Source of the DNA: Rikenellaceae bacterium
GTDB taxonomy: Bacteria; Bacteroidota; Bacteroidia; Bacteroidales; Rikenellaceae
Reading direction: 5' to 3'
Length of the DNA stretch: 64,000 nt
Assembly: GCA_045613745.1 (NCBI GenBank)
Contig: JAZLBP010000010.1
Location: 87,136-151,135, forward strand
Below are positions 38,357 through 47,448 of the stretch, one piece after another. The notes below the pieces were generated by a model. The model was given only the letters and a program-made list of their open reading frames with translations, was not told where the DNA came from and ran no database searches. The first letter of the stretch is position 1; each line of letters begins with the position of its first letter. Made by a program: the position numbers and the translations under genes.

Positions 38357-39925
38357 ATGTTACGCAAGTTTACCATACTGACCCTGCTGGTCGTGGCTAC
38401 ACTCGGGCTTTTGGCACAAAACCCCGAGGTGAAGGCACGTGTCAAAGGGTTGGAAAACAATAAAGAGTATATGGAGTTGTTGCACCAAGAGAAAAACTTG
38501 GAGAGGCAGAGCGACTCCATTCAACAACAGGTTGCCGTGTTCCGTCAGGAGTATCGCACCGATACCCTCAATCGTGCCGCGCGCGCTGTGCAAATCCTCG
38601 AAATTGAGGAGGTGCTGTTTGACTTGCGCGACCGTCTGGGCGAGTTGAGCAACCGCATCAACATCATCGAGCAGGATTGGATTCTGCAACACCTCAACGA
38701 CAATGTGGCCGAAGCACCCGCCGACACCACCGAGGCCGACGCGGCCGATGTAGTAGCTTCGCCCGACTCGCTGATTGCCGAGGTCAAGGACACCACAAGC
38801 CGCAACCTGCTCTACAACGAGCGTCTTGCAGCCGAGCTTGACGCCGAAGATATTGCCGCCATCCGCGCGGGACAAGAGGTGGAGATTCGCCTTGTGAACG
38901 ACGCCAAGGAGTATGCAAAGTACCACCATCTGCTGCTCGACCTGAAAAACCGCCACTCGATGGCCGACAGTGCATCGCTTGCAACCCGTCTGTTCGAGGA
39001 GTTTACCGACGTCACCGAGAACAACCTCGAAATCGAGAGCCGCATTGCCGACGATTGGAACGAAGTGTTCGACAACAAGTCGTACACCTACAACTATCTG
39101 CTCGACAAACTGGGCAACACCTCGCTGCGCGACTCGTTTAACCTACGTCTTAACAACATTGCCGCACGCGTAATTGACAGCGACGTTCCCTCGGCCGCCG
39201 TGCTGAACTATGCCCTGCAACGTCGCGCCCTGACCGAGTATGAGTTGGCTATCGCTCGTTCGCTGGGATTGGACAACGCCGCCGACTCGCTGGCCGCACA
39301 ACTCGCAGCAGATGACTACCAAACACTCGTGGCGCTGTCGCCCATTGGCCGAATTGCCGAGCGTGTGTTCCTCAACTACGAGGACATCACTACTCACAGT
39401 AGCTCTCCCTACAACTCGCGCAACCCCATCCCCGAGTGTGAGATATATCCCAAAGGTACAATCTATCGTATCCTTATTGGTACCTTCTCGTCGGAGCAGT
39501 CGCCCACCATCTTCCGCGGCGCGGCACCTCTGTACGTTCAGCCGATTATGGGCAAGTATCGCTACTTCCTTGGTGGTTTCGCCTCGGACAGCACAGCCTT
39601 TGCCGCCGCCGAGCAGTGTCGCAAAATCGGTTTCCGCAAACCCGAGGTCGTGGTGTGGGTCGATGGCCAATACTTCAACCTGAGCGAGGAGGCCGAAGGC
39701 GAGGAGGAGAGCCGCCGTTTCCGCATTGTGATTGACAGCGAGGAGCCGCTCAGCGAAGAGCTTGTGCGACAAATCAAGGAGAGCACCAACAATGCCGACA
39801 TCGTCAAGATGGGTAACTCCTACTCTATCGACAACATCGAGGGCAATCTGAATGCCCTGCGAATCAAAGAGGGCATCGAGGCTGTGGGAAAAATTCCCGC
39901 CCGAATCGAGGAGATTGGAAATTAA
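38357..39925 (+). CDS. Secreted coiled-coil protein with C-terminal SPOR-like domain(s)
   Basis: Signal peptide present. IYRILIGTFSSEQSP...YRYFLGGFASDSTAFAAAEQCRKIGF resembles a SPOR repeat. Confidence 0.65.
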   Translation: MLRKFTILTLLVVATLGLLAQNPEVKARVKGLENNKEYMELLHQEKNLERQSDSIQQQVAVFRQEYRTDTLNRAARAVQILEIEEVLFDLRDRLGELSNRINIIEQDWILQHLNDNVAEAPADTTEADAADVVASPDSLIAEVKDTTSRNLLYNERLAAELDAEDIAAIRAGQEVEIRLVNDAKEYAKYHHLLLDLKNRHSMADSASLATRLFEEFTDVTENNLEIESRIADDWNEVFDNKSYTYNYLLDKLGNTSLRDSFNLRLNNIAARVIDSDVPSAAVLNYALQRRALTEYELAIARSLGLDNAADSLAAQLAADDYQTLVALSPIGRIAERVFLNYEDITTHSSSPYNSRNPIPECEIYPKGTIYRILIGTFSSEQSPTIFRGAAPLYVQPIMGKYRYFLGGFASDSTAFAAAEQCRKIGFRKPEVVVWVDGQYFNLSEEAEGEEESRRFRIVIDSEEPLSEELVRQIKESTNNADIVKMGNSYSIDNIEGNLNALRIKEGIEAVGKIPARIEEIGN

Positions 39926-40005
39926 TTACTATCTTTATGGTGCGAACTATTATATAATAGGTAGTCGCACCTAAACACAACCCTCACACAAAAAACACAG
40001 CGCGT

Positions 40006-40467
40006 ATGTGGATTATCATTTTTCTTTTGCTTCTGGGTACCCTGCTCCTGCTGAGTGAGTTGCTGATATTTACGGGCACAGCCATTGCGGGAATCCTCTC
40101 GGTGGTGGCCTATGGCGTGGCAGCCGCAATGTCGTGGCAGCTGAATGGTTGGACAGGACTTGCCATAACTCTCGGCGTAATCATCGTAATCTCGCTGGCT
40201 ATGGCGGCGATTTTCCTGCGCTCGGGAATGTGGAAGAAGCTGACCTTGGCTGACAGCATCGACAGCGTATCGCAAGCCGCCCCCCAACAAAATGTGGCAG
40301 TGGGCGACCGAGGCATCACAACTACACGCCTTGCACCAAGCGGCAAAGTCCTAATCAACGGCCAAACCTTCGAGGCACGCAACAACGAAGCCTACACCGA
40401 GCCACAAACCCAAGTCGAAGTGATTGGGTTTGACAACTTCACCATTCTGGTCAAAACAGTCGAATAA
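40006..40467 (+). CDS. NfeD-family membrane protein
   Basis: N-terminal TM segments and a C-terminal OB-like GDRGITTTRLAPSGKVLINGQTFEAR. Lies upstream of floA. Confidence 0.8.
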   Translation: MWIIIFLLLLGTLLLLSELLIFTGTAIAGILSVVAYGVAAAMSWQLNGWTGLAITLGVIIVISLAMAAIFLRSGMWKKLTLADSIDSVSQAAPQQNVAVGDRGITTTRLAPSGKVLINGQTFEARNNEAYTEPQTQVEVIGFDNFTILVKTVE

Positions 40468-40488
40468 CATCAAAAAAAACGATAAGCT

Positions 40489-41451
40489 ATGTTTGAGTCA
40501 TCACCCGTAAGTTTGATTGTCATCGCGGTATTGAGCATCATACTGCTGTGGATTATTCTCTATTATGTACCCGTAGGCCTGTGGTTCTATGCCATCATCT
40601 CGGACGCCAAGGTAGGTCTGCTGCAACTTGTGTTTATGCGCTGGCGTAAGGTTCCGCCCACAGTCATCGTGTCGTCGATGGTCGAGAGTACCAAGGCGGG
40701 ATTGCGACTGAATGCCAACGAGTTGGAAGCGCACTATCTGGCAGGAGGTAACGTAACCAATGTTGTTCACGCCCTTGTGTCGGCACAAAAGGCCGGTATC
40801 GCACTCGACTTCCAAATGGCAACCGCCATCGACCTGGCAGGTCGTAACGTATTGGAGGCTGTACAGATGTCGGTTAATCCCAAGGTAATCAATACTCCGT
40901 CGGTTGCTGCGGTGGCCAAGGATGGTATTCAGCTTATTGCCAAGGCGAGGGTTACCGTGCGTGCCAACATCCGTCAGTTGGTGGGTGGTGCCGGCGAGGA
41001 GACTATTTTGGCTCGCGTAGGCGAAGGCATCGTGTCGAGTATCGGTTCGAGCGAAACCCATAAAGTGGTATTGGAGAACCCCGACGTGATTTCGAAAACC
41101 GTATTGGCAAAGGGTCTGGACGCAGGTACTGCGTACGAAATTCTGTCGATTGACATTGCCGACATCGACGTTGGTAAAAACATCGGCGCCGAGCTGCAAA
41201 TCGACCAAGCAAATGCCGACAAGAACATTGCCCAAGCCAAGGCAGAGGAGCGTCGTGCTATGGCTGTGGCTTTGGAGCAGGAGAACATCGCCAAGGCGCA
41301 AGACGCGCGCGCGAAGGTTATCTTGGCCGAGGCCGAAGTACCCCTTGCAATGGCAGAGGCTTTCCGCAACGGCAACCTCGGCATTATGGACTACTACAAG
41401 ATGCGCAACATTCAGGCTGACACCTCGATGCGCGAAAAGATTGGTAAGTAG
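40489..41451 (+). CDS. floA: Flotillin-like protein FloA (SPFH, UPF0365)
   Basis: [31 protein letters not shown] and the Ala/Glu-rich C-terminus. Confidence 0.88.
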   Translation: MFESSPVSLIVIAVLSIILLWIILYYVPVGLWFYAIISDAKVGLLQLVFMRWRKVPPTVIVSSMVESTKAGLRLNANELEAHYLAGGNVTNVVHALVSAQKAGIALDFQMATAIDLAGRNVLEAVQMSVNPKVINTPSVAAVAKDGIQLIAKARVTVRANIRQLVGGAGEETILARVGEGIVSSIGSSETHKVVLENPDVISKTVLAKGLDAGTAYEILSIDIADIDVGKNIGAELQIDQANADKNIAQAKAEERRAMAVALEQENIAKAQDARAKVILAEAEVPLAMAEAFRNGNLGIMDYYKMRNIQADTSMREKIGK

Positions 41452-41507
41452 CGCCGTGCCACTGAAACTAAAAGAGCTGTACTTCCGATGGGAGTACAGC
41501 TCTTTTT

Positions 41508-42107
41508 TTAGTAGTCAGTTACATCAATCAACTTATTGAGGATTGCATAGACCGTAAGACCTGATATTGAATTAATACCCAACTTGTGGGAAATGTTCTT
41601 GCGGTGGGTAATGACTGTGTGTACCGAGAGGTTGAACTCGTCGGCTATCTCCTTGTTGGTTTTACCACGAGCAACGGCGGTCAGGATGTCGCGCTCTCGG
41701 GCCGACAGTTCATCGCTTTCGGTGCGCAAAGGTGAGCCAGCATTTTGCTCAACCACCGACGACAGGCGCGCAAGGATGGTTTCGGAACTGTCGTAAAGTC
41801 CCACAACGCCATCGAAGCTGCGGACAAGCGACTCATCGAGCGGTAGACCGCAATTCAGCGCCAACACGGGAACTCCGCGACCACTCAATCGGCGGCGCAA
41901 CTCACCACGCTCGTCCCACGACGCAACGGCGGGATCCACCAGCACGACATCGCACGCGCCAAACTTGGCATCGGAGTAGAAGTCGAGATTGGGGAGCGTT
42001 CCGCAGGGGACAAACTCGCGACTGCGCAACAAAATCTCGCTCACACCCGCCGCAACAATCTCGGAGGGAGTGATGATAAGTACATTGTATTTGGTGCGGC
42101 TATTCAT
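41508..42107 (-). CDS. LuxR-family HTH regulator with a degenerate receiver-like N-terminal domain
   Basis: LSARERDILTAVARGKTNKEIADEFNLSVHTVITHRKNI motif. The N-terminal domain lacks the DD pocket, and the conserved T/S and K positions look substituted. Confidence 0.8.
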   Translation of the reverse strand: MNSRTKYNVLIITPSEIVAAGVSEILLRSREFVPCGTLPNLDFYSDAKFGACDVVLVDPAVASWDERGELRRRLSGRGVPVLALNCGLPLDESLVRSFDGVVGLYDSSETILARLSSVVEQNAGSPLRTESDELSARERDILTAVARGKTNKEIADEFNLSVHTVITHRKNISHKLGINSISGLTVYAILNKLIDVTDY

Positions 42108-42798
42108 CCTTTTCGAGTTTTGCTACCAGCGGAATGAGTATTCGGTTTTCTATTTCGGTGTGGCGGTCGAGGTCCTTCTCGATGCGGAAGATGTCCTCCA
42201 ACACCGCGTGACGCTCGGTAACGGCCGAACTCTCGGGCAGGTATTTAAGTACAATATTTTTGATGTCATTGAGTTTGTCCTCGATGTTGCCGTGATTGTG
42301 GCCAAACTGGTCGATGTTGTAGCCATCGACACGCGCGCCACCCGAAATAAGCGACTCAATGTAGGGGAATACGGTCTCCTCCTCATAGGCAAAGTGGTTG
42401 TCAACCTCGGCCTGATAGTCGTCGAAGAAGCGGTCGATTACGCGGCGGTTGGTGACATCCAGCGATGCAACCATTGCGTGGATATGCTCGTGCAGACGGG
42501 GGAAACACACCTCGGCATAGTAGCGGTGCGAAGCGCGCAGGTAGGCCACCAAATGAGGTAGGTCCTCGCGGCGAAGCTCCTCGATGTGAGGCACATATCC
42601 ATCAAAAGAATAGACATTGCAAATCATCAGAAACAGTTCGGGCGACAGGCCATAGCGGCGGCAGATGTCGTCAACAGTGGCATCGCCAAAACCCAGACGG
42701 ATACCCAATCGCTCGACGATTCCGAGCAACATCAGTTCGGCTGAAATCATATCGGCGAGTTTGCATCGTCGGTTGTATGGAGCAAAACGTATTGTCAT
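42100..42798 (-). CDS. Hemerythrin (HHE) domain protein, RIC/ScdA-like
   Basis: H...YY..E, HEHIH, EEETVFPYIE, HNHGNIE and HTEIEN are His/Glu ligand-like motifs. Overlaps the luxR-type gene by 8 nt. Confidence 0.7.
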   Translation of the reverse strand: MTIRFAPYNRRCKLADMISAELMLLGIVERLGIRLGFGDATVDDICRRYGLSPELFLMICNVYSFDGYVPHIEELRREDLPHLVAYLRASHRYYAEVCFPRLHEHIHAMVASLDVTNRRVIDRFFDDYQAEVDNHFAYEEETVFPYIESLISGGARVDGYNIDQFGHNHGNIEDKLNDIKNIVLKYLPESSAVTERHAVLEDIFRIEKDLDRHTEIENRILIPLVAKLEKDE

Positions 42799-42985
42799 TG
42801 TGTGTGTCGTATTTTTGCAAAGTTAGTGTTTTTTTTCGAAACTCCGACTCACAATATTGAGGTATTCGGCGGTGTCAAATACCAACATCGTGCGATTGTG
42901 CGGCACGCGCCAAGGCCCTATCTTTGCAGTGTTATTTTAGTTGAATGGTGATTTTGATTATTCTGTTGGAATCTTGATTCCATCG

Positions 42986-43020
42986 AAAAAGAGTTGTCGG
43001 GATGACAACTCTTTTTGTTT
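42986..43020. terminator. Bidirectional terminator downstream of feoAB and repeat D
   Basis: AAAAAGAGTTGTC-GGGAT-GACAACTCTTTTT, followed by GTTTT. Confidence 0.7.
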
Positions 43021-43030
43021 TATATAATAA

Positions 43031-43147
43031 GAACGTGTATAAGAAGAGGGCAAGGCTTGCGAAACGCGAGAAACCGCAGCATACTTGGGTGTATGTGAAG
43101 ATTTCGAGCGAAAACGTAACGCAGAAATCACCCTCTTAGGCACGTTC
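43031..43147 (-). repeat. Structured ~120-nt 3'-UTR repeat, copy D (after feoAB)
   Basis: Outer arms GAACGTG/CACGTTC abut and overlap the feoB stop codon (43147-43149). Confidence 0.8.
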
Positions 43148-45525
43148 TACATAAATAAGCCAGCGATTATAAATGTAAGCCAAGCCATTAACCAAGCAAT
43201 AGCAGTGTTGTAAAGCACCGTAAACCACGCCCATCGGCGGCTTCCCGTTTCGTGGCGCACCGTAGCCACTGTGGCTATGCACGGGAAGAACAGCAGCACG
43301 AAGATCATAAACGACAGTGCCGAGGCGGGGGTAAAGCCGCTTGACGAGGCAAGCGAAGTGGCAAGTCCCTCTTCGGAGTCGGCACCACACAATACGCCAA
43401 GTGTACTCACCACCAGCTCCTTGGCGGGGATGCTTGTCAACAGGGCCACACTTGCGCGCCAGTCGAGTCCGAGGGGTTTCATTATGGGTTCGATAACTCG
43501 GCCCACGCGACCCACAAACGAGTACTCTTGTTGTGCGGCTACGGGATCAGTCGAAGCATCGAGGGTTGCAGCATCCAAGCGAGGGAAGTAGCCCAGCACC
43601 CATATTATAATGGTAGCCAGCAGAATGACCGTACCGATTTTACGCAGGTATTGTTCGCACTTGTCCCACATATGTTTGAGGGTAGCCAAGAGTGTCGGCA
43701 CGCGATAGGGCGGAAGCTCCATTACAAAGGGTGTTTCGTCCTTATGGAACTTAATGGCGCGTAACAGACGGGCCGTAATACCCGCAACCGCGATACCGCA
43801 AAGGTACAATCCCACCAACACCAGCGGAGCCGCATCGGGGAAGAATGCACCAGCAAGCAGAATATAGACGGGGAGTCGCGCACTGCACGACATAAACGGA
43901 GTGATGAGGATTGTTATGAGTCGGCTGCTACGGCTCTCGATGGTGCGCGTCGCCATAATCGCGGGCACGTTACATCCGAAGCCCATCAGCAAGGGGATGA
44001 ACGACTTGCCGTGCAGACCCATTCGGTGCATCACCCTATCCATAATGAATGCCGCGCGAGCCATATAGCCCGAGTCCTCCATCAGCGAGATAAACAAGTA
44101 TAGTATCAAGATATTGGGCAGGAACACAGCCACGCTTCCCACACCGCCGACAATTCCATCGACCAGCAGGCTACGCAGCCAACCCTCGGGTACAATCGCC
44201 CCCAGCCACTCGCCAAGCAGGGCAAAAGCCATCTCAATCCACGCCTGCGGATATGCACCAAGCTTGAAGGTGGCAAAGAACATCAGCCACATCACAAAAA
44301 CAAAAATCGGGAAGCCCAGCCATTTGTTGGCAACCAGACGGTCGATACGGCGGGTACGGCGATTGGTGTCACGCGTGGGCTCGGTCATAGTCTCGGCCAG
44401 TGCACCCGCAATGAAACCATACTTTGCGTCACTGACTGCCATCTCGACATCCTTGCCCGTGCGTCGTTCGACAATCGCGGCCGCCTTGACACCCTCGGCA
44501 ACCCACTCATCGAAATTGCGGCACGCCGACAGTACCGACAGCGCCTCCTTGTCACCCTCAATAAGTTTGACAGCCCAATAGCGGACGGGAAACTGCTTTG
44601 GCAGGTCGTCGCACGGACGAATCATTGCTGCAAGCTCGGCTATCTGCTCCTCCATCACACTGCCATAGCCGATGTGGATGTGGCGGGCAACGGAGTTGGT
44701 ACCCTCGAACATCTCGATTACGGTATCGAGCAGCTGTTCCAAACCTCTGCCACTGCGCGCAACGGTGGGCACCATAGGCACACCCATCATAGCGCCAAGC
44801 GTTTGGTAATCAAGCGTAGCACCGCTTGCGGCCAACTCGTCGTACATATTGAGAGCCACCACGGTACGTTGGTTCAGGTCGATAAGTTCGGTTGTGAGGT
44901 AGAGGTTGCGCTCGACATTGGAGGCCACCACCGAGTTTACAATAACGTCGGGCATCTGTTCGTAGAGGTGACGACGCACATAGACCTCCTCGGGCGAGTA
45001 GGCCGACAGCGAATAGGTACCCGGCAGGTCGGTGATATTAATTTTATAGCCCTTGTAGGAAAAGTGTCCCGTTGTGGCATCCACCGTCACGCCGCTATAG
45101 TTGCCGACGTGTTCGCTTGCACCCGACAGAGCATTGAACAGCGAGGTCTTGCCACTATTGGGATTGCCGACCAGCGCCACATTGATTACGTTTTGGCGTG
45201 TAGCCTTGCGCATTCGGCGGAAACAATCCACCACCGAACACTCGCCACACATCGAGTCGCAGCCCACGGTAGCCACAGCCTCAACTTGAAGTTGAGCCTC
45301 GGCCTCGGGCAACACCTCGATCATTGCGGCCTCGCTACGGCGCAACGACACATCGTAGCCCATAACGGTATATTTCACAGGGTCGCTGAACGGCGAGTCG
45401 AGCACCGACAACACCTTTTGTCCTCGCACGAAGCCCATCTCCATAATGCGCTTGCGAAAACCTCCGTGTCCCGACACTCGGACAATTACGGCAGATTCGC
45501 CGTTTTTGAGTTCCGACAGTTTCAT
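43147..45525 (-). CDS. feoB: Ferrous iron transporter, fused FeoA-FeoB
   Basis: N-terminal FeoA (LSELKNGESAVIVRV), G-domain GNPNSGKTSLFN, and a polytopic C-terminus. Start set at the ATG at 45525. Confidence 0.93.
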   Translation of the reverse strand: MKLSELKNGESAVIVRVSGHGGFRKRIMEMGFVRGQKVLSVLDSPFSDPVKYTVMGYDVSLRRSEAAMIEVLPEAEAQLQVEAVATVGCDSMCGECSVVDCFRRMRKATRQNVINVALVGNPNSGKTSLFNALSGASEHVGNYSGVTVDATTGHFSYKGYKINITDLPGTYSLSAYSPEEVYVRRHLYEQMPDVIVNSVVASNVERNLYLTTELIDLNQRTVVALNMYDELAASGATLDYQTLGAMMGVPMVPTVARSGRGLEQLLDTVIEMFEGTNSVARHIHIGYGSVMEEQIAELAAMIRPCDDLPKQFPVRYWAVKLIEGDKEALSVLSACRNFDEWVAEGVKAAAIVERRTGKDVEMAVSDAKYGFIAGALAETMTEPTRDTNRRTRRIDRLVANKWLGFPIFVFVMWLMFFATFKLGAYPQAWIEMAFALLGEWLGAIVPEGWLRSLLVDGIVGGVGSVAVFLPNILILYLFISLMEDSGYMARAAFIMDRVMHRMGLHGKSFIPLLMGFGCNVPAIMATRTIESRSSRLITILITPFMSCSARLPVYILLAGAFFPDAAPLVLVGLYLCGIAVAGITARLLRAIKFHKDETPFVMELPPYRVPTLLATLKHMWDKCEQYLRKIGTVILLATIIIWVLGYFPRLDAATLDASTDPVAAQQEYSFVGRVGRVIEPIMKPLGLDWRASVALLTSIPAKELVVSTLGVLCGADSEEGLATSLASSSGFTPASALSFMIFVLLFFPCIATVATVRHETGSRRWAWFTVLYNTAIAWLMAWLTFIIAGLFM

Positions 45526-45553
45526 CTTTTGTTTATCACTATTTTTGCTGATG

Positions 45554-45561
45554 CAAAAATA
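45554..45561 (-). promoter_or_regulatory. -7 box TATTTTTG upstream of feoAB
   Basis: TAnnTTTG on the minus strand, about 28 nt upstream of the ATG and embedded in a direct repeat. Confidence 0.45.
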
Positions 45562-45670
45562 CCCACTTTTGGAGTGTGCATCAATACCCACATTTAGGTA
45601 TTTTAGGTGGTAATGCTATTGAATTTCGCGAAAAAGATGTAACTTTCGGGCACAAAACAAAACATTACAA

Positions 45671-45964
45671 ATGAATTTCGAGGGATTAATCGCAGGAGTC
45701 TGCACGTTTCTTATAATCGGATTGTTTCACCCCATTGTCATCAAAGCGGAGTACTATTGGGGCGTGCGTTGTTGGTGGATTTTTCTGCTTGCGGGCATAG
45801 GAGCCGCTGTGGCTTCGTTGTTGGTCGAAAGTCTTATGATTTCGACACTGCTGGGTGTGTTTGCCTTCTCATCGTTTTGGAGCATTCACGAACTCTTTGA
45901 GCAGCGCGAACGTGTGCGCAAAGGGTGGTTCCCCAAAAATCCCAAACGCAAGGAACGCAGTTAA
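45671..45964 (+). CDS. Small membrane protein (DUF4491-like)
   Basis: 97 aa with 3 TM segments. The family name is from memory. Confidence 0.55.
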   Translation: MNFEGLIAGVCTFLIIGLFHPIVIKAEYYWGVRCWWIFLLAGIGAAVASLLVESLMISTLLGVFAFSSFWSIHELFEQRERVRKGWFPKNPKRKERS

Positions 45965-47328
45965 TCACGCAGTCGAAGCACCATTGCAAGGTCGCGTTCG
46001 GGCTCTCCTGTACCGAGGTCAAAGGTTGAGTGGGCGCCCGTAAAGCACTCTTCGCCAAGGCGGTCGCCACCACGCGAGCCAAACGACATCGCAAAGCGCT
46101 CGTCGGCAAATCCAAACTTCGCATACAGCGCTCGCAGACTCTCGTCAGCAGGAATCACACACACGGCATCGAACTCGCCACCCCACCCCTCGCGGACTTT
46201 GGTAAGCGCGTCAGTTATAACCCTGCGTGCGAGGCCGCGACCACGAAACGACTCATCCACCGCCACGGCATAGAGATAGGCAGTGCGTCCGAGGTCGGTA
46301 GTGAGCGGCACGATGTGCGCCATAGCCACAACTTGCCCCTCCTCGCTGTGGGTAAAGCATAGTTGCGGATCGTAGAAACGTGCCAGAAAGCTATCAACCC
46401 ACGCAGGTTGGTCGCCAAACACACGGCACCACAGCGCGCGAACTCCTCGCAAGTGGTCGTCAAGTTGCAGGGCGGTATATTTGCGAAGTAACATCGCGGG
46501 ACGGTACGACAACTTGGCACGGCGCAGGCCCTCGATACCCAAATCTTCCTCGCGATTGATGTAGCGTATAGTGTCGGGAAGTTGAAGCGCCATCATCCGA
46601 TTGACCACGGCATAGGCTCCGTCGAAGTTGGTGTCGGCCTTCTCGCAATGGACGCAAAAAGTGTCATCGGTGAGTTGTGAGCCAAAGGTAAAAGCCACCA
46701 CGCGGCCATCCACTCGCAGCACCACTCCTCGCAAATCTAACTCCGCAAAGCAGTGCAACTTACGGCGCAAGGCAAGGGCCTCGGCTGCATCAGTTGAGCC
46801 GCGTCGGAGGCGCCACTCGGCATCCACCGAAAGGCACTCCTCGATGTTGTCGGAGGTCAGCGGCTCGACAGTATAATTATAGCGACTCTCGAAGCGCGCA
46901 ATGTGGTTGCGTTTGGTCTTGAAACCACTGCCCGAAAGTTGCGCCAACTCGTCGCGGTGATAGATGTAGTCGCACGCATCGCGGTTGCAATCCACTGCCC
47001 AGCAGTCGGCGTCAAGCTGTTCCACACCACTACCATCCAACATCAGTCGCAGGGGTTGTCCCTCGCGTCGGGCATCCTCGGCCAAGAGCGGCACAAGGGG
47101 CATAAAATCGGCACTTCCCAGAGGTTGCATATAGGCAGTGCGAGGCAGGCCATCGATGCGGTATTTGAGAACTAGCCACTCACCCAGCTCAGCCACACGG
47201 CTGTCGAAGAGGTGCAGCCAGCCGAAAATGTTGGCAAACGACAGGTCGCAGCTACGCACGCCTGCCGCACTCACTCGGTTCTCAATCAGCGCCTTATGAC
47301 GCATCTCTATCTCTTTAAAACTCAACAT
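45961..47328 (-). CDS. DUF2156 (MprF C-terminal-like) domain fused to a GNAT acetyltransferase
   Basis: The N-terminal FANIFGW... region is DUF2156-like. The C-terminal AVAVDESFRGRGLARRV is GNAT motif A. Confidence 0.7.
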   Translation of the reverse strand: MLSFKEIEMRHKALIENRVSAAGVRSCDLSFANIFGWLHLFDSRVAELGEWLVLKYRIDGLPRTAYMQPLGSADFMPLVPLLAEDARREGQPLRLMLDGSGVEQLDADCWAVDCNRDACDYIYHRDELAQLSGSGFKTKRNHIARFESRYNYTVEPLTSDNIEECLSVDAEWRLRRGSTDAAEALALRRKLHCFAELDLRGVVLRVDGRVVAFTFGSQLTDDTFCVHCEKADTNFDGAYAVVNRMMALQLPDTIRYINREEDLGIEGLRRAKLSYRPAMLLRKYTALQLDDHLRGVRALWCRVFGDQPAWVDSFLARFYDPQLCFTHSEEGQVVAMAHIVPLTTDLGRTAYLYAVAVDESFRGRGLARRVITDALTKVREGWGGEFDAVCVIPADESLRALYAKFGFADERFAMSFGSRGGDRLGEECFTGAHSTFDLGTGEPERDLAMVLRLRD

Positions 47329-47419
47329 ACACTCGTCCGCAACGGGTTAATCAAAAATTCAACTGCAAATATACACATCGTGCGCAAAGTTTTGGCTTTA
47401 TAAATTCAGAAAAAATAAG

Positions 47420-47427
47420 TAACTTTG
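47420..47427 (+). promoter_or_regulatory. -7 box TAACTTTG upstream of mrcA
   Basis: The TAnnTTTG match overlaps the TTG start used in the ORF track, which supports the ATG at 47449 as the true start. Confidence 0.45.
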
Positions 47428-47448
47428 TCGGATAAATTGCACAAAACT

